Virus record (IMG/VR): IMGVR_UViG_3300036715_000626
Location: 124,001-188,000 of that record
DNA: 64,000 nucleotides
Strand: one strand, 5' to 3'
Positions within the stretch are counted from its first letter, which is position 1. The number at the start of each line of letters is the position of its first letter. The notes beneath the pieces were generated by a model. It ran no database searches. It was not told the DNA's origin and was given only the letters and a program-made list of their open reading frames with translations. The position numbers and the translations under genes are program-made. This document shows, piece after piece, positions 56,331-64,000 of the stretch.

Positions 56331-56356
56331 CTACATACCACATATGTGGTATATAG
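56331..56356. terminator. 26-bp palindrome with one mismatch
   Basis: CTACATACCACATATGTGGTATATAG. Confidence 0.65.
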
Positions 56357-56358
56357 GG

Positions 56359-57252
56359 CTAATAGGTACTAAATTGAATTGCTTTAAATACATTGTCTAA
56401 ATTTGTTTTAACTAACATAATATAGATCATGTTACTAGCAAATATATTTGCCGTAACTATAGGCTTAATACGGCGGGATACTGTATCAAAATCAGTATCG
56501 TATACATCAATATAAAATATCTGTGTAGCAGAATCGTTATGTATTTGATATATAATAACAGATAAACTACTTACGCCTATATTATACATAAAATCAAGTG
56601 TGTAGTTTTTATTAACCACGATATCATTCAACGGTGACACAATACTCGCGTTGATATCTCCGGAAGTAATAAATGTCATAGTGGCGACTTGAGAACTATC
56701 ATTACTACTACTATTAAAAATAGCTCTAGCGCGATATGCATTGTTTTCTTTAAGAATAACATCACAAATCAGCATATTGTTTAAATTAATACTATCTGCG
56801 ATATGTTCCCATACGACTACACCAAAGATATCTTCAATAATCCATGTAGTAGATTCGTGTGTTCCAGTGCCGTACGAGCTATACCCATGCACACTTAAAG
56901 TGAACATCGTTGTAAGGTGATTAGTGGCGTCTGATGAAGATGTCAATATAGGTGTAGAAAGCACGCTAGGCATCTCAGAACGTAGATCAAGATCTCCTAG
57001 ATAGTTTGGAGTGGTAACATCAATATTACCCCACACCGTGTATCCTGTAGTAAGTAAAGACCGTGCTCTCGCGTAATAGCGTGATGTCGGATCAAGAGCA
57101 TCGTTAAACATAATACTAGATAGGTTAACATTATCCCCCATAGAACTAATAATAACATTAGTAAATTGTAAGTCGGTAGCTACCTGCCAATCTGTAGCAA
57201 GATGAGTTACTCCTGGTGGTAACAATAGTTCTGTAATTTTTAAAACAACCAT
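56359..57252 (-). CDS. Virion structural protein with two FN3/Ig-like repeats
   Basis: HLATDWQV...YYARAR and HESTTWII...YRARA duplicated modules. Confidence 0.6.
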   Translation of the reverse strand: MVVLKITELLLPPGVTHLATDWQVATDLQFTNVIISSMGDNVNLSSIMFNDALDPTSRYYARARSLLTTGYTVWGNIDVTTPNYLGDLDLRSEMPSVLSTPILTSSSDATNHLTTMFTLSVHGYSSYGTGTHESTTWIIEDIFGVVVWEHIADSINLNNMLICDVILKENNAYRARAIFNSSSNDSSQVATMTFITSGDINASIVSPLNDIVVNKNYTLDFMYNIGVSSLSVIIYQIHNDSATQIFYIDVYDTDFDTVSRRIKPIVTANIFASNMIYIMLVKTNLDNVFKAIQFSTY

Positions 57253-57264
57253 ATTTTTCCTTCC

Positions 57265-57576
57265 TTAGTTCAATGCAATGATGGTATCTAATTTCTCTAC
57301 ATACCCACCATAGATAAATTTACCATAATATACTTTATCATCGTCAGAGCGCATCTCGTAAAGCATATTAACATATGTATCAAGATATTCTTTAGAATTT
57401 ATAATGTTACTAGTGCTCCAAATATATACACCAGGTATCTTAGTACTCTCATGACATACATTAGTAGTAATATCCACTAATGTATCTGTGATTATGTTAA
57501 GTAGTTTAATCGTAACGGTTTTACCTGTAGCAAATATACCTATTAACCCATTCTCTTCATCTACACTATAACGCAT
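57265..57576 (-). CDS. Hypothetical structural-module protein
   Basis: 103 aa, coupled within the operon. Confidence 0.6.
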   Translation of the reverse strand: MRYSVDEENGLIGIFATGKTVTIKLLNIITDTLVDITTNVCHESTKIPGVYIWSTSNIINSKEYLDTYVNMLYEMRSDDDKVYYGKFIYGGYVEKLDTIIALN

Positions 57577-57579
57577 TTA

Positions 57580-60039
57580 TTACTCCCATTCTACATATCT
57601 AAACATACTACAATCATTAATTATATTGTTACAGGATAAACTTAACCCTGTTTGTATCGTAGGTATTTCCACAATTATCCCACATCTTATGTCAGGCGTA
57701 TTTATAACATACTCTGTGTGTATGCTAGATAGTTTAGTGTTAGCTACACCTGATGCTGTTATACCAGCAAATGAAGTACCGGTAGTTATGTTGTTTATAG
57801 AGGTAACTGTACTAACATTTATATTCATAGCTGGATATTGTGTAACTGTGTTTATGTTATTTACTTTAGTATTAGAATATCCATGTGCATTTACGGCATT
57901 AAACACCGTACTGGTTGTTATAGGTACTACGGTAGCAATTGTGTTACTTCTACAAGTAACATTATTAAATACCGTTCCTGTTATTATAGGCGCTAACGCG
58001 ATTAAATTGTTACCAGTAACAACTTCTAGAGGGAATAATGTTGTCGTAGATATCGGTATTATCTCGGCAGTAGCTTTGCCTATTACACTCGTAGAATTAA
58101 ACGAAGTAGTGGTGTCTATAACACTAACCAAACTTCTGCTTGATCCATTAGCTGTCAAACTAGGAAATGTAGTACTAGTATTAATAGATGCGATATTAAT
58201 ATTTTGGTCTAGTTTAATCTTTATTTCATTATAAGTGGTATTAGTTTCTATAGTTAAAATAGCTATATTGTTACTACCATTAGCATTTACTGTTACTAAA
58301 TTTGTAGAGGTATCAATTGATGTGGCGTGACCTGTAGCACCGGCTCTTCCTGTTACATCTAGACTATTAGTGGATACTATAGTTCCAATCTGCGTAACTG
58401 CGCTACCGTAAACATTAACATCTGTAAAAGAAGTATTAGTAACTAGGCTGGTTAACGTGACATCAGCGCTGTTTCTAACATATAAGTTACTAAATACCGT
58501 CTCGGTGTTTATGCTGTTTACAATAGCTTTAGCGTCACCTGTAGTATGCACTGTATCTATATAACCAAAACTATCGATACTGGTAATAGAAGTTATCGAG
58601 CTACCGTGTGCTAAAATAATACCATTTATAATTGTATGTGTTTCTATTCCAGAAACACTAGTATACGCTAAACCAGTAATAGCTATATTATTTATAACAG
58701 TGGTAGTTGTTATCATAGGCGTTGTAGATACACTACTACCGCTGCTGGTATTATTATTTATTATCGTGCTAGAAGGAATTGATAATAGATTTGTTTTACT
58801 ATCACCAGTAACATTGTTATTATTAAAATTACTATTTGAATTTATAGCGGACACAACAGTGGTACTGTCACCGGTGCAATTTATATTATTAAATATAGTA
58901 TTGGTTACTATAGTAGGTACAAGTGTATTTATAGGAATTCTTGCGATGATTCCGGTGACGGTAGTTGTCGTCTCTATACCGCTTATGCTAGTAACACTAT
59001 CACCTTTTATAACACCTGAATTTATATCTGTATATGTTTGTAAGGCAGATACCGGTGTTACTGAATACCCCATAGACTGTATTGATGTGAAATTAGTACT
59101 TGTCGTTATATTATCAATAGTAGTGTGTGAGTTACCGATTACGCTCATACTATTAAAAATAGTGTTAGCAATTATTTGGTCAATCGGAATAACTGCATTA
59201 TTACGGATAGATATACTAGGGAACGTAGTACTTGTATTAATAACAGTGGTATTAGTTATGCAGTTACCCTGAACACTTAATGTGTTAAATGTTGTATTGG
59301 TAACTATAGTATTAATGGTGCTATTAGAAGAACCTTTAACAGTGGGAGTACCTATAGTGGTGCTCGTAATGTTAGCTATAACACTAGTTATTGCATCGCC
59401 ACTAACAAGTATTTCGTTAAATACTGTATTCACACTTATATAACTTAACGCAGTATTAGATATCCCGTTCGTAGTGGATACGTTAAATAGTGTACTAGAA
59501 GGTATTGTTAACAAATTAGTCTTGGATTCCCCAATTACTGTTATGTTATTAACTGTACTTGTTGTCAAAATAGGCGAAATTACCGCACTCGCACTAGCTT
59601 GAACTGTTATTGGTGTAAAATCCGTAACTGTATTTATCACCGGTACCACAACAGTCTCAGGTAAAGATATTGTTATAGGATTGAATGTAGTAGTAGTGCT
59701 AATACCATTAATACTAGTAGAAGCGCTACCGTAAACATTAATCGTGTTAACATTAGTACTGCTATTTATAGTGTTAGAAACAGTATGCGCATTTCCATTA
59801 ATACTTATGCTTTGAAAATCACTAGTTGTTGATAACTCTGTAAATCCTGCTGTGGCGTTACCATTTACAGATATGTTATTAATAGATGTATTTGTACCTA
59901 TAACACCACTAGCTGCGTTAGCATCTCCCGTAACAATTATATCGTTAAAAGAAGTTGTCGTGGCTACTACCGCCATGTTGACGGTAGTGCTTACACTAGT
60001 TGCACCGGCAGTATATAGGGGGTATAATGTAAGTAACAT
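57580..60039 (-). CDS. Fibre-like protein built of ~36 tandem 22-aa T/S/N/I-rich repeats
   Basis: Manual parsing gives consensus I-x-T-x-T-x-F-N-x-I-x-V-x-G-x-S/A-x5-6 over nearly the whole length. Confidence 0.8.
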   Translation of the reverse strand: MLLTLYPLYTAGATSVSTTVNMAVVATTTSFNDIIVTGDANAASGVIGTNTSINNISVNGNATAGFTELSTTSDFQSISINGNAHTVSNTINSSTNVNTINVYGSASTSINGISTTTTFNPITISLPETVVVPVINTVTDFTPITVQASASAVISPILTTSTVNNITVIGESKTNLLTIPSSTLFNVSTTNGISNTALSYISVNTVFNEILVSGDAITSVIANITSTTIGTPTVKGSSNSTINTIVTNTTFNTLSVQGNCITNTTVINTSTTFPSISIRNNAVIPIDQIIANTIFNSMSVIGNSHTTIDNITTSTNFTSIQSMGYSVTPVSALQTYTDINSGVIKGDSVTSISGIETTTTVTGIIARIPINTLVPTIVTNTIFNNINCTGDSTTVVSAINSNSNFNNNNVTGDSKTNLLSIPSSTIINNNTSSGSSVSTTPMITTTTVINNIAITGLAYTSVSGIETHTIINGIILAHGSSITSITSIDSFGYIDTVHTTGDAKAIVNSINTETVFSNLYVRNSADVTLTSLVTNTSFTDVNVYGSAVTQIGTIVSTNSLDVTGRAGATGHATSIDTSTNLVTVNANGSNNIAILTIETNTTYNEIKIKLDQNINIASINTSTTFPSLTANGSSRSLVSVIDTTTSFNSTSVIGKATAEIIPISTTTLFPLEVVTGNNLIALAPIITGTVFNNVTCRSNTIATVVPITTSTVFNAVNAHGYSNTKVNNINTVTQYPAMNINVSTVTSINNITTGTSFAGITASGVANTKLSSIHTEYVINTPDIRCGIIVEIPTIQTGLSLSCNNIINDCSMFRYVEWE

Positions 60040-60042
60040 ACT

Positions 60043-62886
60043 TTAGAACCAGAGCATAGTACGGTATAACTCGGCTCCGCTATTACGCATGTGATAAAGG
60101 TAATTTATACCAGAATCACTTTTTACAATTTCCATACGGTTACCAATAGCCGGAGCTAACTGTGTATTAGGTACAGCACCCGCTCCAAATATTCTACCAA
60201 GTGTTATATCATAATAGTATACATACTGCACAACTCCAGAAGCAACAGCTGGTGAAAAATATATACGGTTAACTCCGTCATATGCATAATAAGTACCAGC
60301 CCCCATAGTATCTGTTTGAGGAGTAAAGAATAACGAATACTCAAATAGTTCCGTTGTAATGTCATAACGATCAGCTGTATTAGATCCTCCGCCGCGCGGT
60401 AAAAACATATATTTACCATTAGATACTCCACCAAACATCCATAGTAATTCAATACCCACACCTCTATTAGGTACACTTAGTATAGTATAGGTCGTAGTTG
60501 CATCAGGAGCAAAACCTGTAATCGCTGTGAATGTCAATGTATTCGAAGTGTTCGAAACAATTGTTATTTCATTAAGCGCCGCTGCTAAACCGAACCCACT
60601 ACCACCAGTGATACGGACTTTCTTACCTGCCCATTGATTAACAACCCAGTTTTGGGTGGTATCTACTAGTGTAGATGCAGAACCAGCCCCAGTGCAAACA
60701 CCAAAACTATCCTGAATAATATATCTAGTAGTCGAATCTGGCGTAAACGACTGTGTTGCATACGTTAATGTATTGTTAGTATTACTAGTAATAGTTATAT
60801 AGGTATCTCTACCGGTACCTGCTAATATTCTAAACCGATAACCAGCCCACTGATTAGTGTTCCAATTTTTAGTAGTATCTACTAATGTGGTCGTAGAACC
60901 ACCTGTAGCTAACCCATATGAACTTTTTGTAAGATCCTTATATTGCTCATCTCTACCAAACATACTATTATTAACAATAACATATCGACCGGTACCGTTT
61001 ACAAGTGCGGTTGTGATAGTAGCTACCGTTAAGGTAGTCGCTGTGTTAGAAGTAATTATACGTGGTTGAACTGCTCCAGATGTACCTACTAAATGGGTCT
61101 GAACTATTTTACCAACATGTTCGTTAACGGTCCAGTTTTTAGTAGAATCTACTATAACGGTAGCTGATAATGCATTAGCCGCGGTCATGTTACCAGATGC
61201 TGCCGTAGCAAAATCGAAACCAGTTAATGAATCACACCCTATAATGGTAACAGTACCTGCGTACGAGGAATCTCCCGAAAGAACTACTGAATCGCCTATT
61301 TTAAAGTTATGGTTAATAGCGGTCACTACGTTACACACAACACCTACTACAGTTACGTTAGCTACAAATCCAGTTCCGACACCAGTTGTCGCAGATTGCG
61401 CGAAAGTAGTTACAGAATAACCACTACCTGGACGGTACAGCGATATACCAGTTACTACACCACCAGCACTAACTGAAGTTACTTGCACCTTACCACTAGT
61501 TCCGGTCACAAGAGTGATTATTTCACCGACGACATACCCAGTACCCGCTGCAGATATAGTTACTGTTTTAATACCAGATGTTGTTCTTGTACCTGAAGTT
61601 AGAGCTATTGTAGGGGTATCCAAACCAGGAAAGTTAGCGCCTAAAATACACGCCACCCCGTCATCATATTTACTACCTTCTATCACTAAGTCTGAATCTA
61701 CATCATATTGTAACATAGCCGCTTGAGCATTACCTGTAATATAAAATTTATCTTTATCTGCTATAATTTCATATACTGATGTATTATCAGGTGTAATAGT
61801 CCATTTTCTAGCAACTTCTACGTAATTTGTTCCGGTACTAATTATTCGTCTTTGTTGCCCCACACCAGTACCAGAAGTAATACGTACTCTATAATTATTA
61901 TATTGATTTACTGTATATGCTTTAGCCGTGTTGACTAATGTATAGACGGTACCGGAAGTAGCTGTTCCGGTATCATATATTCCCCCAATCTCACTAGTAC
62001 GTTCAAGTGTTCCGTCCGTACCAAATGCAGCCAGTGTTATATTGGTAGGTACTGTTTTATATTGCCATGTATCCATAGCAGTATCATAATACTGTAATGA
62101 AAAAAACGGAGCTGCTACAGAAGATGTTAACAACCAACAACCACCCGACTCTACTTTATAGGTAGATGTGTAATCTGGTTGTACAGTCCATGGTGTATCG
62201 ACAGTTACGTCTGAAGCTTCAATAACAAAGTGGGATTGTGAACCGGCTGTTGTAGACGGAGTAGTAACAAAACTGACATTATTAAACGGATATAGCGGTT
62301 GGTAGTTAGCATCTGCAACATACAATGTTGTATTATCATTATACAAAATCTTACGTATTTGTGTCATACCAGTACTAAAGGTAATTCGTACTTGATAACC
62401 GCACCATTGATTCATTTTCCATTTTTTAGTAGAATCACCGATACTTGTAGCTGATGCAACAGTAGCTACTCCTTGATCATACTTTGTAGGAATCCCTGTC
62501 GTAGTTATTGTTCTAGTTTGTCCGCTACCAGTACCAGAAGTAATACGTATTTTAAATCCATCTAAAATATTTGCATTAAATCCAGCTATTCGTATTTGAT
62601 TAGCGGCAGGAGTACTGATAACACGCCCGTATGTTCCACTGAACGCAGAATATCTTAAAGATGCAAATACTGTAGGGGAAAGCAAAAGAGGAGCAAGTTT
62701 ATGCGGGACATTACCATAGGTATCGTATTTATAAAATGACGCTCCGGACACATAATAAATTCCCCTTCCCTTCCCGTCTTCTTGTGTAGTTAATGCGGAC
62801 AACGCACTTGAAGCTACTGGTAGCGGTTCCATAGATTGCCAAAGTTGTTTATTGTCGATTGTGTGGTTATTATTCGTAGTGGCCAT
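60043..62886 (-). CDS. Large tail-associated repeat protein
   Basis: About six copies of a D.TKNW..NQW.G..VRI..GTG.G..R.I.SN...TL module between propeller-like terminal segments. Confidence 0.7.
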   Translation of the reverse strand: MATTNNNHTIDNKQLWQSMEPLPVASSALSALTTQEDGKGRGIYYVSGASFYKYDTYGNVPHKLAPLLLSPTVFASLRYSAFSGTYGRVISTPAANQIRIAGFNANILDGFKIRITSGTGSGQTRTITTTGIPTKYDQGVATVASATSIGDSTKKWKMNQWCGYQVRITFSTGMTQIRKILYNDNTTLYVADANYQPLYPFNNVSFVTTPSTTAGSQSHFVIEASDVTVDTPWTVQPDYTSTYKVESGGCWLLTSSVAAPFFSLQYYDTAMDTWQYKTVPTNITLAAFGTDGTLERTSEIGGIYDTGTATSGTVYTLVNTAKAYTVNQYNNYRVRITSGTGVGQQRRIISTGTNYVEVARKWTITPDNTSVYEIIADKDKFYITGNAQAAMLQYDVDSDLVIEGSKYDDGVACILGANFPGLDTPTIALTSGTRTTSGIKTVTISAAGTGYVVGEIITLVTGTSGKVQVTSVSAGGVVTGISLYRPGSGYSVTTFAQSATTGVGTGFVANVTVVGVVCNVVTAINHNFKIGDSVVLSGDSSYAGTVTIIGCDSLTGFDFATAASGNMTAANALSATVIVDSTKNWTVNEHVGKIVQTHLVGTSGAVQPRIITSNTATTLTVATITTALVNGTGRYVIVNNSMFGRDEQYKDLTKSSYGLATGGSTTTLVDTTKNWNTNQWAGYRFRILAGTGRDTYITITSNTNNTLTYATQSFTPDSTTRYIIQDSFGVCTGAGSASTLVDTTQNWVVNQWAGKKVRITGGSGFGLAAALNEITIVSNTSNTLTFTAITGFAPDATTTYTILSVPNRGVGIELLWMFGGVSNGKYMFLPRGGGSNTADRYDITTELFEYSLFFTPQTDTMGAGTYYAYDGVNRIYFSPAVASGVVQYVYYYDITLGRIFGAGAVPNTQLAPAIGNRMEIVKSDSGINYLYHMRNSGAELYRTMLWF

Positions 62887-62895
62887 ATTGATCCT

Positions 62896-63345
62896 TTATA
62901 CGTATTGTATGTTATTTAATATTCCAGTATTAAAAGCTGTATCCATCTGAGCTTCTACCACACGTTGCGCTTGTACATCCCCTATTCGAGCTTGATTGGA
63001 TAAAGTACCTACAGTTGTAGTAGTAGCAACTGTTGTTACTGTTGTTACGGTCCCAACTGTTCCTAGTCCTCCGGATTTAGCTAAATTTACATATAACTGT
63101 TTAGCTGGATCGGTAATCATGCCAAATTCTAATCGATCTAGAAAATATGCCATAATGTTGTATATGTCAGTCATAGTTTTATCGTTGGTAGGCATCGGGT
63201 TATCAGTAGAAACTAATCCACCATCTACAGAACTTCCACCTAATTGCAATTTAACTATTTGTGTTTCAGTATTGTCAGTTAGCTTATCCGTGTTAACACT
63301 ATGTAGTGTACTATTAGTGTCGCTAAGCACTACTTCAGTTTGCAT
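62896..63345 (-). CDS. Tail-associated protein with TVT repeats
   Basis: GTVGTVTTVTTVATTTTVGT segment; AAGGAG SD. Confidence 0.6.
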   Translation of the reverse strand: MQTEVVLSDTNSTLHSVNTDKLTDNTETQIVKLQLGGSSVDGGLVSTDNPMPTNDKTMTDIYNIMAYFLDRLEFGMITDPAKQLYVNLAKSGGLGTVGTVTTVTTVATTTTVGTLSNQARIGDVQAQRVVEAQMDTAFNTGILNNIQYV

Positions 63346-63378
63346 GTTGTCTCCTTGTATGTGATAAAAAAATACTAC

Positions 63379-63405
63379 GTTCTAGAGGATATAATCCTCT
63401 AGAAC
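63379..63405. terminator. Hairpin (12-bp stem, 3-nt loop)
   Basis: GTTCTAGAGGAT-ATA-ATCCTCTAGAAC. Confidence 0.7.
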
Positions 63406-63428
63406 TATTGTACCGAATATGTGTTAAA

Positions 63429-63836
63429 TTAATTCCATACAAAAATACCAGCGGCATTGTTGATATCAGCCACGAACGCGCCATCTGTAGATGTACGATC
63501 GCTTCCGAAGTCAATGACGCAAACACATTTGTTACCGTTGGTAGCGTTGTAGATCATCGCGCCACGTGCTGTGATACTAGCTGCCGGCCAAGTGATGTCA
63601 TCACAAGTAAACCCTACAGCTGGGGCAGCTGTAGCTAAGGCGACATTGACTAACGATTGTCCGCCTGCAGTATATCCTGTTCCGGATACTTCACCTGTTG
63701 TTGTGTACACTGTAGTAGTAGAACTTAAAGTCGCTGCTGATGTGTATAGTGCAATTTTATAGGTATCCGCTAAATGATGTTCCCCGTTAAAAACCTGTTG
63801 TTTGTACGATGTGGCTAGGCCAGCACTGATTGCCAT
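63429..63836 (-). CDS. Conserved aquatic-phage structural protein (MAIT..TSFK-type family)
   Basis: MAISAGLATSYKQQ...YKIALYTSAATL..TTT.YTTTGEVSGTGYTAGG...CVIDFGSDRTST pattern. Confidence 0.65.
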   Translation of the reverse strand: MAISAGLATSYKQQVFNGEHHLADTYKIALYTSAATLSSTTTVYTTTGEVSGTGYTAGGQSLVNVALATAAPAVGFTCDDITWPAASITARGAMIYNATNGNKCVCVIDFGSDRTSTDGAFVADINNAAGIFVWN

Positions 63837-63895
63837 GGTAATCCTTTTCTGTTATGAGGTATGTATTTTTAGTACTAATCATTAAATAAACAATC

Positions 63896-64000
63896 TTACA
63901 CACCAAAGGTATAAGTAGTATTTATAATGTTCGCACCATCTAATAGGATTGTTTTAATAAGTGGTTTAGGATAACCAGTTTTACCTGTTAGTGTTATTAC
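63896..64000 (-). CDS. 3' end of a gene entering from beyond the window
   Basis: Open frame VITLTGKTGYPKPLIKTILLDGANIINTTYTFGV*. Confidence 0.55.
   Translation of the reverse strand, partial: VITLTGKTGYPKPLIKTILLDGANIINTTYTFGV

Noticed and set aside
55295-59272. Long antisense ORFs (162, 142, 202 and 190 aa)
   Set aside because: They fully overlap better-supported genes on the other strand, and low-complexity codons explain the lack of stops.
1040-63405. Palindromes as a CRISPR array or integron attC sites
   Set aside because: They are dispersed and non-identical with no regular spacers; there are no cas genes, no integrase and no consistent RYYYAAC/GTTRRRY ends.
1-64000. Stop-codon reassignment or uracil-substituted genome (AR9/PBS1-like)
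   Set aside because: Core genes are full length in code 11 and TAA, TAG and TGA all terminate genes; ThyX plus Tmk argue for dTTP synthesis, although a modified base is not excluded.

Overview
This AT-rich, densely coding window is from a phiKZ-like (Chimalliviridae-type) jumbo myophage. All family assignments come from motif recognition and recalled synteny; no searches were run. Bases 1-23 kb hold the conserved core: UvsX/RecA-like recombinase, a gp149-like virion RNAP beta fragment, a gp128-like virion protein divergent from the portal, a gp123-like non-virion RNAP beta subunit, major capsid protein, a gp119-like protein and DnaB-like helicase. Bases 24-35.7 kb hold cell-wall enzymes (M15 peptidase, permuted NlpC/P60, GH108) and three mosaic tail-fibre/tailspike genes. 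Bases 35.8-56.3 kb are accessory: dCMP deaminase, ThyX, ribonucleotide reductase, secreted nuclease, HEPN-like protein, topoisomerase IA, DHH phosphoesterase, Tmk with a degenerate paralog, AAA ATPase and many small ORFs. Bases 56.3-64 kb are a second structural module with repeat proteins. Twenty near-perfect intergenic palindromes and a recurring minus-strand TATATTAT motif divide the window into short units. The best leads are an orphan HepT-like HEPN protein, a DHH enzyme with a HicB-like tail, Zn-finger inserts in both dTMP-pathway enzymes, paralogous RBPs with swappable loop modules, an in-frame orphan C-terminus after a tail-gene stop, and a 23-bp frameshifting duplication. A Campylobacterota host is weakly inferred. 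No tRNA, CRISPR array, integrase or reverse transcriptase was seen.
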